NCBI GenBank assembly: GCA_030295235.1
Contig: AP026140.1
Coordinates: forward strand, 558,001 to 622,000
Source of the DNA: Fistulifera solaris
Lineage: Eukaryota
Reading direction: 5' to 3'
DNA length: 64,000 nucleotides
In this document: piece after piece, positions 49,189 through 61,974 of the stretch
Layout of the letters: the number at the start of each line of letters is the position of its first letter
How positions within the stretch are numbered: the first letter of the stretch is position 1
The notes under the pieces: model-generated
Told to the model about the DNA's origin: nothing
The model's input: only the letters and a program-made list of their open reading frames with translations
Databases searched by the model: none
Translations under genes and position numbers: made by a program

Positions 49189-51178
49189 ATGGAGTTCATG
49201 CACAATACTTGTAATAGACTTCTCAACTTCGGGTCGTTTCTTATCGCTACCAAAGCATCAGTCTTAACAAAAGTTCAATTTATGATGAGACTGACTCATG
49301 AGCGACTTCATCGACACCGACAATTGCGTCGAAGGAGGCAGGAATTATCATCTACAGAATGCTCCCCTCCTTCAAAAGATCCGGGCACGCAAGGAACAGC
49401 ATCGCTCAGCAGCTCAAGCAGCGTCAAAATGGGTGATGATTATTCTCTCGATATTTCGGAAGCATCGAGTATAGAGCATGTTTCGACGAGTTTGGTCTCG
49501 CCGGCAGATCAACCACCGAGCGACGAAGAATACGAGGATCCAAAATCGACCTCCCCGGCGACAAAGCCATCCTTTCCCACACAACCATCACGGACGCTCG
49601 GCAGAGCATACCATCGAAAGGACGACGAAGACGTGGTAAACACGGTGACTGTGCATTCGCAAACGAGTTACGCCGAATGGAAGAAACAGCAATTGACCTC
49701 TCCCCATTCTTCGTCACCGGTATCCAGTGCGTCGGGATCCGCTATTGCTCGAATACGATCGACCGCTTCGCCACAACAGCATTGGACAGCCGGTTCGACA
49801 ACGATCATCTCGCACGCTGACCCACGATTTCATCGTAATTTACAAAACGAAGACTATGACCGGTTACCGATCGTGACCCCACCGCGTTCGGTGGTGTCGC
49901 AGACTTCCTCCTCCAATGGAACAGGTCGCGTTTTAAATACAGGTTATGATTCAAACGTTAGTGTTGATGATGTTTTGGTTCGTGTCGGAGGCAAAGATTT
50001 TCGGCATTCTCGAGCCATTCTTTGCTATGCTTCCAAAGTATTGGCGGACCATTTGGCTGCGAGAGACGAACTCCACATTCCTCACAAGTCGCCTTCCGAA
50101 TGGAGCGAATTGCAGGCGTTTTTACAGCCTCGTTCGGTACAAGCAGCTTCCATTACATTTCGCAATTTACCCGCATTACTGCCGTGGTTCGATCAACTCG
50201 AGCTGACGGTTCTTTTGCGCGAATGTGATACATCAATGAGCAAGGTCCGGTTTGCGTCACTGACGACCGACGAATCTTCCTCGCAGAACGGGGTCTCGAA
50301 TGCGGTACATGAACTAGCGCGCGTGGCACTGGGTCTGCCGCATGCACCGCCTCGCATGGAGCCACCGTGTCCCACGGATGTTTTGGACATTCTCCTTTTG
50401 ACGCGAATCAGTGGAAAAGTGTGTCTGCCTCGAACACGGGTCATGTGTTTGAATGTGCTGCAAGAGTATTTGGAACTTCCGTATTTGTTTGTATCTTCGG
50501 AGGAGTGTTCGATGCGGTCGATCATCTCATTGATTGACTTGTTGGAGGACGAAGAAGTGCTGGATACTGTGTGGCCGCTGATAGTGTCTTACTTGCCCGA
50601 GGACCTTCCATGGCTCGACGACCGACAGGAGCTATTGAAGAATCCGCTTTTTCCGTACCTGCTTCGAGCTGGATTGGAGAAAGCATGGCGCGAAAAGCGA
50701 TGATGAGTCGGGAACCTTGCTCATGGGCAATGGGCGATCGCGTGAAACATCCAAAGTGGCATCGAAGCGCGCCTTTGAAGCCGATTCTTCCGTGGAAGTC
50801 CGTTTTGTGGGCGAACACCACGCCGATGATGCAGGCGGTAAAATTTGGAATTACAGTAACGAAGAAGATGGTATGGATCCCATGGAATCCCTCCAGTATT
50901 CGTTTGAAACGTGTGACGACGACCCGCCGACGAAAGCATCAAACGTGAGATCATCGAACCTTTCAGCAAATCGGAGCCAAAGATCACTCTGGCTCAATGC
51001 CATTTGGCATAAGCTTCTTGAACCACCCATTTTTTCGGCTGATGATCCCGTGGAATCAGCATCTCGCATTCGAAATACGCACCTTTTCTTGCTGAAATCA
51101 GCCATCTATCAATCAATTTTGTCTCTTTTATCATTATCAATTATACACCGATACAAGATGATGGTCGTATCAATCTGA
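49189..51178 (+). CDS. BTB/POZ-like domain protein with a Ser-rich N-terminus (3' part possibly frameshifted)
   Basis: DVLVRVGGKDFRHSRAILCYASKVL resembles the start of a BTB domain; ORF 49189-50703 followed by 50717-51178. Confidence 0.6.
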
Positions 51179-51530
51179 AGTAGCGTATGTTTATCCTATT
51201 GTGAAGAATGAACTTGCTGCTATCTCGGCAAATTTTCTAGGTATGGCTAGGAAGAACGGGATTGTAAAAAATCGTGTCCCTAGAGTTGAGCCGGACGTTC
51301 GCACGTTTTGCCACGTGGGCATACGACAAAGTTCCGCTCCTTGTTTCCGGCACTCAAAGTCCGGACGTGTGCAAGAGAATTATTATTCGACGGATCGAAG
51401 ATCGGACGTCGGCGGAAAACGGCCGCTCCTTTTTTTCTTCGACACACACAATTTTTTCCTTCTTGATTACGATTTCAATTCATTTCATTTTTTTGACACT
51501 GTTGCTATATATATACATCTCCACAACAAC

Positions 51531-52751
51531 ATGAAATCGTCATATAGAACGTTCGTTTCGAGCGTTGGAAGATCACGCCGCCGAAAATCATCTGTGGCAG
51601 TGTTGGAGGCTCCCAACGAATTTCCTCGATTGCAAGCACTGCGTGAGCAGCTGCAGCACGATCCGCCCATGATACATCGCTCCAAGCAACGACTGATAAC
51701 GACACCACAACCACTTACAGATGCTGTACAACTCCGTGAATGGATCGATACATTGCCTCTTCCTTCGACCATCTTACAAGATACGTACGGACGGTTTCAC
51801 AACTATTTACGCCTCTCATTGGTCGAACGATGCAATTTGCGTTGCACGTACTGCATGCCACCCGAAGGAATTCCCTTGTCGGACAATTTACTGACCTCCG
51901 AAGAAGTCTTAAGATTGGCGGAACATTTTGTGTCACGGGGTGTCAATAAATTTCGCCTCACGGGTGGGGAACCCACGTTACGCAAGGATTTGACCGAAAT
52001 CATACAGGGACTTCACGCCCTGCGACCGAAACAAATCGGCATTACGACGAATGGTGTCATTCTGACGCGTAAATTGGATGAGTTCATTGACGCGGGTTTG
52101 ACCAGTATTAATATTTCCTTGGATACCCTGCAAGCCGACAAGTTTGAACAATTGACCCGTCGACCGTACTTTTCCAAAGTGTGGGAATCCATAACAGCGG
52201 CGCATCAAAGAGCCTCACAACAGGACCATCTTACTGTCAAAGTGAATTGTGTCGTGATGCGCGGCGTCAATGACGAGGAAGTTCCCGATTTTATTCGACT
52301 TACGGAACAATTCCCGCACTTGCAGATGCGGTTCATTGAATACATGCCCTTTTCGAGCAATGGCTGGGATTGGAGCAAATGCGTTCCGTATCAAGAGTTA
52401 CTGACGGACGATTTGACTCCAGTGCCCAGTTCGGATCCCAGTGATACGACGAAATGGTATCAAACACCGGAAGGTGCCACGGTAGGCTTTATTACCAGCA
52501 TGTCGGAACATTTTTGTGGTTCCTGCAATCGCATTCGACTCACGGCAGATGGTCAACTCAAAGTGTGTCTGTTTGATGGTCGGGAAGTCAATTTGAAGAA
52601 CATCTTGCGTTTACCCGACGTGACCGAGCAGGATCTCGATAAAGTCATCTATCATGCTTTGCAACACAAACAAAAGCAATTGGGTGGTCATCCGGATCCA
52701 GCTTCCATCAAAGTGGATAAAAATCGACCCATGACGCTGATTGGTGGATAA
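51531..52751 (+). CDS. CNX2: GTP 3',8-cyclase (MoaA/CNX2/MOCS1A), molybdenum cofactor biosynthesis
   Basis: YLRLSLVERCNLRCTYCMP (radical SAM), RLTGGEP, FCGSCNRIRLTADG and C-terminal RPMTLIGG. Confidence 0.97.
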   Translation: MKSSYRTFVSSVGRSRRRKSSVAVLEAPNEFPRLQALREQLQHDPPMIHRSKQRLITTPQPLTDAVQLREWIDTLPLPSTILQDTYGRFHNYLRLSLVERCNLRCTYCMPPEGIPLSDNLLTSEEVLRLAEHFVSRGVNKFRLTGGEPTLRKDLTEIIQGLHALRPKQIGITTNGVILTRKLDEFIDAGLTSINISLDTLQADKFEQLTRRPYFSKVWESITAAHQRASQQDHLTVKVNCVVMRGVNDEEVPDFIRLTEQFPHLQMRFIEYMPFSSNGWDWSKCVPYQELLTDDLTPVPSSDPSDTTKWYQTPEGATVGFITSMSEHFCGSCNRIRLTADGQLKVCLFDGREVNLKNILRLPDVTEQDLDKVIYHALQHKQKQLGGHPDPASIKVDKNRPMTLIGG

Positions 52752-52890
52752 ATGATGCAATTGTAAATAACTAATTAATTTTTTTTGCAATAAGTAAGGT
52801 CAAAATTAAACGCATGATAGAACTAGGCTCGAATCACAGCTTGTCATTATATCAATATTTGTAAGTCAAATTTTAAACTGATTTCACTAT

Positions 52891-53208
52891 TCATTCATCG
52901 TCGTCGGCTGCCGGACTCGCGTACGCCACAATGGCGTAGGCGACTAAACTCGCCACACCCAGAGCCGCTAAAATGGGGACCGCCAAAATGATCGGAGTCC
53001 CCAAAACTCCTCCCAAGACATCCGACAAGAAGGTAGTAGGATCTACCGTCGAGACGGCTGTCGTCAGAGTCGGAGAAGGTAAAGCAGCGGTCTTGGTGAT
53101 GGCAATGTTCGATGATGATGTCGAGGGAAGGACGACAAACGCATCAACCAGCTGTTGAAGCAAGAGGAATGCCAAAAGTACGCGTTGCATTACTGATCGA
53201 CGACTCAT
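52891..53208 (-). CDS. Small single-TM protein with a plastid-type bipartite presequence
   Basis: Signal peptide ending VDA-FV, S/T-rich transit region, TM IILAVPILAALGVASLVAYAIVAY and an acidic tail. Confidence 0.75.
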   Translation of the reverse strand: MSRRSVMQRVLLAFLLLQQLVDAFVVLPSTSSSNIAITKTAALPSPTLTTAVSTVDPTTFLSDVLGGVLGTPIILAVPILAALGVASLVAYAIVAYASPAADDDE

Positions 53209-53738
53209 GATTGTTTGTTGCAATTATTCGACGTATATATTCACTTTTATATGTAAACACGGATGTAGCTATTATCCATGCAATGCAAATGGAACGCAAT
53301 GGCGAAGTTGCAGTTATTTTTCGTCATCATCGTCATCGGCTTATCGTTGTCCCAGCGATTACCGGTACGATTTCGAAATGACGTTATCACCGCACCACGT
53401 TTTCACTTTCTCCGTTTCCGCCTTCTGTTTTGGTGCTTCCGGCACAAGGGAAAAAAGACACTTGGGTTGAATGTAGACGTGTCGCATCGGAACGTGAATA
53501 CCACTCACTACGTAGTATTTCTCGAGTATCATCCGTACAGTAATTTGGGCTGTAGGGGTAGAACAGAGTCAGTTCCGGAAGTTTTGTCGCTCGACAAACG
53601 CTTCCCGCACTTTGGCAATAATAAACGCAACCTACGAAACCATTTCTACCTTTCTTGAATTCTCTGGAAAATGAAACGATGCCCACAAATAATCATCAGA
53701 AGAGGCCTGCTCCACAATCATCTACAATCATTTCCAAC

Positions 53739-56554
53739 ATGCCTCCTCAAGATAGAACCGTTTTGCTCGAAGACAACAGCATCAGTTCGAAAGAACCGAG
53801 TTGTGAAGAATTGTATGGGCCTTATCCGAGTGTAAGTGGATCGGCATCTCCATTTTCTTGTGTCGATGTTCCCTCGTTTGGTGCAAATTCCGTTCTTTCG
53901 ACTTGCTTGCGGCTGCAAGCATGTAACTGCTCGTCTATATTCACAACTGACCTTTCCTTTTCTCCTTCTAAATCACTTTTTAGGCCATCCCCATTCCCTT
54001 TTTGACATTGCGAAATGAAGGCCGCGAAGGTGATATTCCGGATGCCGAAACAATTGCGAAAGCCAAAACGATGTTCGATATGCCTCCCGATCATCGTGAT
54101 GTCGGTTCTCCCGACGAATGGGTCCCACGGGATGGTCGACTGGTGCGTTTGACCGGCAAACATCCCTTTAACGTAGAACCGCCGGTCGCGGTGTTGGAAC
54201 AGTACCGTTTCATTACACCATCCTCGCTGCATTATGTTCGCAATCACGGTGCCTGCCCGAAGTTGACGTGGGAAGACCACACGGTGGTCATCGGAGGCCC
54301 GTTGGTGGCACGTCCGCGAGAATTCAACATGGACGAGATTGCCGCCCTGCCACCCCGCGAATTGCCCGTGACGCTCGTGTGCGCGGGGAACCGCCGGAGG
54401 GAACAAAACATGATTCGACAGACGATTGGATTCAATTGGGGCAATTCGGGTGTTTCCACCAACGTCTGGAAGGGTGTTCTGCTACGAGACTTGCTGTTGG
54501 AATGTGGTGTGTCGGATCGGAACATGGCCGGCAAGCACGTGGAGTTTATTGGAGTAGAAGATCTACCCAACAAGGTCGGACCCGGTCCTTTTCCCGACGA
54601 GCCCTGGGGTAAATTGGTCAAGTACGGTACTTCGGTGCCCTTGGCTCGTGCGATGAATCCGGCGTATGATATTATTGTGGCGTACGAAGCGAATGGCGAG
54701 CGTTTGCAACCGGATCATGGCTTTCCCGTGCGTCTCATTATTCCAGGCTACATTGGAGGTCGTATGATTAAGTGGCTCAAAGAAATCAACGTGATTGAAC
54801 ATGAAACCAAGAATCACTATCACTACCACGACAATCGCATTCTCCCGCCGCACATCACCGCGGAAGAGTCACTGGCGGGAAACTGGTGGTACAAGCCCGA
54901 GTACATTTTCAATGAGCTCAACATCAACTCTTCTATGGCCAAGCCGGGCCACAACGAAACCTTGTCGATCGCGAAGAACATGGGCAAGTCGTATGATATT
55001 GTGGGGTACGCGTACACGGGAGGAGGTCGTGCCATTACCCGAGTGGAAGTGAGTCTAAATGGGGGTGTCAACTGGCATTTGTCAACGCTGGACCGCAAAG
55101 AAAAGCCGACCGAGTACGGTATGTACTGGTGCTGGGTGTGGTGGACGTTTCAAATTCAAGTGGCCGATTTGGTCGGAGTTAAGGAGATTTGGTGCCGCGC
55201 GTGGGATGAATCCAACAACCCGCAACCCACCGAGCCTACGTGGAACTTGATGGGCATGGGGAACAACCAAGTCTTCCGGATTAAAGTTCACTTGGATAAG
55301 ACAGCTAGCGGTGAGCACGTCTTTCGGTTCGAACATCCCACTCAGCCTGGACAACAAACGGGAGGCTGGATGACGACTTTGTCCGGGAAACCCGAGAGCG
55401 CTGGTTTCGGACGTCTTCTCGATCATGTGGGCGGCGAAGAAAAGACCAGTGCCCCTGCTCCCCCGCCGAATGATACTGGAAAGAAGTTCACTCTCGCCGA
55501 GGTCCAGAAGCACAACACCGAGCACGATGCGTGGATCATTGTGAAGGACCGCGTCTATGACTGCACGGAATACTTGGAGCTACACCCCGGTGGTATCGAA
55601 TCGATCATTTTGAATGCTGGTGCCGACGCGACGGAGGACTTTGTGGCTATTCATAGTATCAAAGCGACGAAGATGTTGGAGAAGTACTACATTGGTGACT
55701 TAGATACTAGTACTGTCCCTGCTGCCAAGCCAGTCGAAGAGGAATGTTTATACGACGAGAAAGGAAACAAACTGGCGTTGAACCCGAAGAAGAAGACTCC
55801 CTTCCTACTACAGAACAAAATTGTGCTTTCACGAGATTCGTACATGCTCGACTTTGCCCTCCCAACACCACAGCATGTATTGGGCTTGCCCACGGGCAAG
55901 CATCTATTTTTGTCTGCCAAGATCAACGGCGAGACTGTCATGCGTCGCTACACCCCCATCAGCTCGAATTACGATGTTGGTTGCGTCAAGTTTGTTATCA
56001 AGGCGTACCGTCCTTGCGAGCGTTTCCCTGAGGGCGGCAAGATGAGCCAGTATCTTGACACTCTGAATATTGGCGATTACTTGGATATTCGAGGACCTGT
56101 TGGAGAGTTTGAATACATCGCGAACGGTAAATTTTTCATTGAAGGCAAGGAATGCTTTGCTTCCAAGTTCAACATGGTCGCCGGTGGCACTGGCATTACT
56201 CCCGTCATGCAAGTTGCCGCCGAAATTTTACGCCATCCGGAAGATGAGACGCAGATCTCATTGATTTTTGCGTGCCGCGAGGAAGGTGATCTGCTGATGC
56301 GCAGCACTTTGGACGAATGGGCGACGAACTTCCCGAACAAGTTCCGAGTTCATTACATTTTGAGCGATTCTTGGCCCTCGGACTGGAAATACAGCACTGG
56401 TTTTGTCGACAAGGCTCTTTTTGAAGAATGTTTCTATGAGTCGGGCGAGGATGTCTACAATTTGATGTGCGGGCCGCCCATCATGGTCGACAAGGGATGC
56501 ATCCCCAACTTTGTCAGCCTTGGACATGATCGCTCTCGCTTATTCGCCTTTTAG
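53739..56554 (+). CDS. NR: Assimilatory NAD(P)H nitrate reductase
   Basis: Moco domain (RLTGKHPFN, YVRNHG, CAGNRR), cytochrome b5 (HPGG) and FAD/NAD domains (RRYTP, AGGTGITP, CGPP). Intron 53832-53983 is in frame. Confidence 0.98.
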
Positions 56555-56886
56555 ATAATCAATATTTTAGTATATAAATGAGTTTTGATCTCTTCCAATT
56601 ATCGATCGTAGTGAATTAGAACATTTTTGATTTGCTATGATGATTGTGATGATTCCAAAGGTGAGGCGTATTATAGGCCGGTACCGGGTACCGGTACACT
56701 ACTCGTGACTCAAATATCAAAGTATGATGATGACGTATGTCGAAACTGAGCCGATCTTTGCGACGCGACGATCGATCCCCAATAAAAAAAATAAAACTCG
56801 TCCGCTTTTGTATTACAGTTATTATAGTTATAACAATTGATCAACCTTATTGCTTGCTATTGCTCTCGTGCTCGGTAAAGCAGTAG

Positions 56887-57816
56887 ATGTTCACAATGCG
56901 ATTCCTCACATCCCTGGCCTCCTTGTTGGTTGTTGCTGCACCTGTTGTGCAGGCGTTTGCTCCTCCATCCAGAACCTTTATCACAACTCGATCGGCGGAG
57001 AGTGTTGCAGTTCATTACAGCAGTCAGCTTAGTAATCAGTACCATTCCGCACGAAACAATCATCATGTACTTTTCATGGGATGGGGTCCCGAACCAGTGT
57101 GGTCAAGTGCTTCCGTGAAAACGAATCAAGCGGCCTGTCAGTCGGGTGCGTGCGTCAAAATCTTGATGGATGTTCCCCCCGAAACGGCCGCCGAGTACCA
57201 GAATCCTGGACAATACGTCCAAGTTCGATTGAACGACGCCACCAAACCTTTGTTCTTAGCCATCGCTTCTCCGCCGGATGCCGAGAATGCTGTCTTTGAA
57301 TTTCTCATCAAGAAAACGGAAGGAAACGAATGGATGACCGGTCTTTCGGCCGGGGCGGCCGTGCAAATATCGCAGGTTCTCGGCAACGGTTTTCCCATCG
57401 AAGAGAATCTGGAGGGCTTCAAATACGATTTTCCGACGCAAAATTTGCTTCTTTTCGCTGCCGGATCGGGCATCGCTCCGATCAAAGCTGCCGCCGAGTC
57501 TGGAAAGCTCAACATTAGTGAAGCCCGAAAAGCTCGTCTTTATTACGGAGAACGAACCGCTGCCGATTTGTGCTATGTAGAGCTTTTCTCGGAGTGGGAG
57601 AAGGCTGGTATTCAAGTAGTTCCGGTGTTGAGTCAACCCGGTGCCGACTGGGAGGGACGCACCGGCTACGTACAAGCCGCTTTGGCCGAAGATGGAGTGC
57701 CCATTCCTCGTAACTCGGGAGCCTTGCTGTGTGGAATGAAAGGAATGTCTGAGGCTGTGAAGGACTTGCTGCAAAAGGCCGGGGTGTTTGAAGGACGCGT
57801 CCTCTTCAACTTTTAA
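56887..57816 (+). CDS. Plastid-targeted FNR-like FAD/NAD(P) oxidoreductase
   Basis: VQA-FAP presequence; PGQYVQ, AIASPP, AAGSGIAPI, GYVQ and LCGMKGM motifs; C-terminal NF. Confidence 0.9.
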   Translation: MFTMRFLTSLASLLVVAAPVVQAFAPPSRTFITTRSAESVAVHYSSQLSNQYHSARNNHHVLFMGWGPEPVWSSASVKTNQAACQSGACVKILMDVPPETAAEYQNPGQYVQVRLNDATKPLFLAIASPPDAENAVFEFLIKKTEGNEWMTGLSAGAAVQISQVLGNGFPIEENLEGFKYDFPTQNLLLFAAGSGIAPIKAAAESGKLNISEARKARLYYGERTAADLCYVELFSEWEKAGIQVVPVLSQPGADWEGRTGYVQAALAEDGVPIPRNSGALLCGMKGMSEAVKDLLQKAGVFEGRVLFNF

Positions 57817-58104
57817 GACGACGATATAGATACATCAACGATTTAGATGAATTTAGCTTTCGCCGCTCTGTTATTTCCATTTACAAAGCGATGCCAGATC
57901 ACACGAGACGTATTCCTACGGCGTACTATTGAGTTCGAGCTCTGTATTTGTAACCTTGCGGTCGTGAATGCTCGAATTGTTGCTGCTTGACACATTCCAG
58001 GGCAGGTCGCTTATTGCTCATCAAAACATATGTGACACAATGCTAAAAAGGATATGGAAGAGCGGCTATTTGCTATATTCTATGCAACTTTTTGTTACAG
58101 TATT

Positions 58105-59665
58105 CTATATTGGTTGAAAGTCGGGATGTTCGGATGGAAGATGAAAAGGAACTTTTGTCAGAACGCCATCATTGAACAATCGATCAAGTTCCTTCTGCAA
58201 GCGCTGATGATATGTGTGAAGAACCAGGTTACCCATCGATTCATTGTCGTACAAGTCAAGAACCGCCTGGGGGTCGAAGTTAAGTAGAGGAAGGCACTGA
58301 TCAGAACTTGAAAGGATCTGAACGAAGCTCCGTCGCAAAGGCATTTCGACAGCTGTATATGACGCTGCTTCAGGGGGTTTCAACTGGGATAGGACCGTGC
58401 TTGCTCTCAGCAGGTTTCCTCGAACCCTGGCAACAAGCTGTCCCTGAACATTTCCGTCAGAGTCATGAGGGTAAAACGCAAAGGGCTCGTTGAATGTCAT
58501 GATCCCGGGTAGCAGTCCTTGTTCAGGAACGTACTCCTTCTCATTCACAAAGTATCGATATCCGATGTCTATCTTGCATGCCACTCCTTGGCGACGAAAG
58601 AACTGAAATGTTTTGCAAAAGATCTTCGAGTGAGTAAGGATCGACGGTGGAAATTGCATCGCCTGGTATATTTCACTATATCCATCGATTTGCGCTATTC
58701 TCATTCCATGCACTGCTTGCGCGAGCTGACGAGGAGTATCGTCGACCGGTTCCACTCCAAAGTCCTTTCTCAGAGCACATGATTGATCATTTGTAGAGCA
58801 AAGAGCATCCGAAGGACGTATTGCTGGCATTTCTCCTTGCGAGGCTTGTGATACAATCACCGGATGAAACGATTGGCTTCCTATTCGGGTTGTTCTTGGC
58901 ATTTCTTCAATATGTGGAAAGCTCAGATCGGTCGCCCTCGTTATCATATTTAAATCAGTCATTGATGCGCTGTTCGAGAAGATATCAAAAGAATGGGCTC
59001 TTTGAATAGGCCACTTCGGCAAAGGTTTGCTTTTCCCAGACACTATTTCACTCACAGCTTCATCCGCGCACCACGAGAGAGAGCGATGATTAACTGTTGT
59101 ACCAAGCGCCCGTTTCTTTGCTTTGTATAGTGCTTTAACTTCCAATGTGATATCGTTTTGCAAAGGAAGTCCGAAATTGCCATCCGGATCAAAGGAGTCG
59201 CTGAAGGACCGGCGCCAGATAGTCGACGGTTTCATTCGTGGTATTGACAAAGCTGTGAACGTTTCTTGCCGATGATCAAACGAGTCCTCGCTAACTATAG
59301 ATTTGTTCAGTTGCGAAGAAGGGGATTTTGGCGAGAGCGCAGTCTCTGTTTGGCATAAGGGGCTTGTTGTTGACTGTTGAAGTACTTCAATGAGAACCAT
59401 TTTTCTCCCCCCTCTTTTTTCTTGACATCGATAAACCGGCATCCTTTGACAGCGCAACGTTCCAACCTTGAGATATGACGTTTCTTGCATTTTCTCCTTC
59501 TGCGTTGGAAAACGACGGCAAGCTGTTTGAAGTGGTCTCATCCATCATGGCATGCGCAGCTCGAGTGGCCGATTCCAATTCCGTGGGACGCTCAACACAG
59601 GAGAAGTTGTTCACATCGTCAGTCTCGAAGTACTCCCGACTGCTGCTTCCGGTGCCTTTCTGCAT
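58105..59665 (-). CDS. Hypothetical protein
   Basis: 478-aa ORF plus an overlapping upstream ORF; no recognised domain. Confidence 0.55.
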
Positions 59666-60248
59666 GGCGCTATCTGACGAATCAGCCGCTAAAGAGCAAG
59701 ATTTGTTGTGTCATTTAGAGAAATGACAAAATAATGATGAGGAAAGGCAAGAAAAAGTTGTCGACGGCAAAATAAAGACTAAACATTTTCATGAGAGGAA
59801 CGCGGGAGCATTTAATTTTTTAGCTTATCTATAAAATCTGTATCATACCTGCCCTATATCGTAGCGGTTTGATTTGACTAAGTATCATATTGTTCCAACA
59901 CGAACGGACACAAGATTGAAAATAAGGCGATGCGGAACACGGAACACCATAGACCAAGAACTGGAGATTAGAAACCCTCTCCAAACTAGCGTTTGAAGCC
60001 TGATGAAACAGTATGAATGGATAACTTCTCATGGGTGAAACTACTGGTGAATAAAAGACTACCAGGTACCGGTAACAGGTATGATGTGGAGATAACCTTG
60101 ACAGAACAAGATTTACAGGTAAATAAACAAACAAAATATTAGTATGAATTTTGGAAATATAAAATACCCAAACATGCTGAGGAGGATTAGGTTTGAGCTC
60201 CTCTTCCTTGTGTCGCATCTGAAGGAGTGAACGAAGCGTTAATGCTTA

Positions 60249-61388
60249 TTAGCACACAAATGTATTTTTCTTTCCAGTATGGAGTACGGATGAGACTGCG
60301 GCAAGTACTTCGGAGGCCATGCGATCATCGTCCTGAAAGTCATCCTGGTCAGGGTCGTGATTTTTCTCTTCGTCGTTGAGTGTTTTCACCCCAAAGCGTT
60401 GAAGCTTATTGATTAGCTCGTTCTCATGCTGATCGACAGTGGCTTCCAAATCAACAAACGTCTCGTACAGTTTTTGAATTGAGTTCTGTGTGGCTTGAAC
60501 ACGGAGCTGTAGCTTACGCTGCATGTACGAAGAGGTTTCTTCCAATGCCTCCCTAAGAGCCTGTTGTTGTTTCTTGCCTTCCTTGATTACTTCTTGTTGA
60601 TGATCAATAAGTTGTTCCAGTTCAGCACGAGTTTGTTGTGCTTCAGTGCGCTCTTCTTCTAGCTTCGAAATTCTCCTATTGAGACGACTTGCTTCTTTAT
60701 TCCACGCCATTTTTTCGTTGTTGTGGTCGTCGATTTGTTTGGCTAAAGCAGCATCTGTTGCCCCTGGTTGAGCCAACTTCCTTTCTAGTAAATCGACACG
60801 CTGCAATAAGGCTAATACCTGACTTTGTTTTTTCGCGATATCTGTATCGTATCTTGTCTGAAATGCTTGCATACCCTCTTGATGCTGCTTCTCAAGCGCT
60901 TCGAGTTGGTTACGGTGCTCTTGTTGAATCATATTCCACGAAACTTGGCTACGTTTCAAACTGTCTAATACGGTTTCGTGTTCCAGCACATCAAGAATTT
61001 CCGATTCTTCAAGAATATCGTAGGGTTTTCTGCCTGACTGGTCAGCTACATCGATTCCTTGCCAGTGAGAGACAAGTAGAAGGTTCACCACTTCAGGTGA
61101 CGCGGAACATCCCACGGCCAGATGGAGCGGAAGTTCACCGAACTGTGTCTTGGACGATACGGCAGCTGGATACGCCGCAATCAGGGATGCAATGACCCAT
61201 GTTGGAGCTTGCCTACGACATGCTTCGTGAAGAGGAAGCCTCCTCCAGCTATCCGAGTAAACCCAGGTTGCCGCTTGCAGACGGGTGTCGTTCTGCAACA
61301 TATCGACTACATCATGCCACTCTTTTGATTCCACGGCAAGAAACAAGGGCGTTGCGCCTTCTTCTACTGACTTTTGGAGGATCTCCAT
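60249..61388 (-). CDS. Ankyrin-repeat plus coiled-coil protein
   Basis: LPLHEAC and GELPLHLA repeats followed by a long heptad-rich region. Confidence 0.85.
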   Translation of the reverse strand: MEILQKSVEEGATPLFLAVESKEWHDVVDMLQNDTRLQAATWVYSDSWRRLPLHEACRRQAPTWVIASLIAAYPAAVSSKTQFGELPLHLAVGCSASPEVVNLLLVSHWQGIDVADQSGRKPYDILEESEILDVLEHETVLDSLKRSQVSWNMIQQEHRNQLEALEKQHQEGMQAFQTRYDTDIAKKQSQVLALLQRVDLLERKLAQPGATDAALAKQIDDHNNEKMAWNKEASRLNRRISKLEEERTEAQQTRAELEQLIDHQQEVIKEGKKQQQALREALEETSSYMQRKLQLRVQATQNSIQKLYETFVDLEATVDQHENELINKLQRFGVKTLNDEEKNHDPDQDDFQDDDRMASEVLAAVSSVLHTGKKNTFVC

Positions 61389-61974
61389 GCTGGTGTCTGG
61401 TGTGTTGATTTGCGATGATTTGAATAGAATGCGACGGATATCTTCATTGGAAGCGTTGACATTTGGGAGAGATAGATGAATGAAGCGTTTTAAATTCTAA
61501 GTATGCGTATAAACTATTCCGTTGCAGTTATCCGTTGTCCACAGAACCCTTTAAGTGACAGCTCTATTGTATCGCTAGCTAGACTCTACTATGCAAATCA
61601 ATCCCTAATTATCTAAATTCGATAAAGTCCGTGCGACTTCAAAACGCGATGATTTAAGCAAAAGATTCCGTTACATTTTAACAACGGAAATTACTCACTA
61701 CTTACGGCATCATGGCTTAGGCATTATCATTTAGACCAAAGTAAATTGATCCGGTACTCCTCAGTAAGAAATGGTGTACAAAGGTCAAGGTTACTGTCTA
61801 TGTAACGATGGATACTTAGAAGGACAAATTCGCCTGTCGGCTTATTGAGCGACACCGTTTAGCGAACCACAATCTTCTGCATGAACGATTTCGCGCACTT
61901 CCTTGACAAACAACAAACAAAAAACTATCAAAAGAGATTGTTGCTGTTGCAATTTGTTCGTTGAAAAAACTTGA

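Noticed and set aside
54244..56527. Antisense ORFs over nitrate reductase (likewise over LHC, DapL and 17688-18503)
   Set aside because: Shadow ORFs of codon-biased real genes with no independent motifs.
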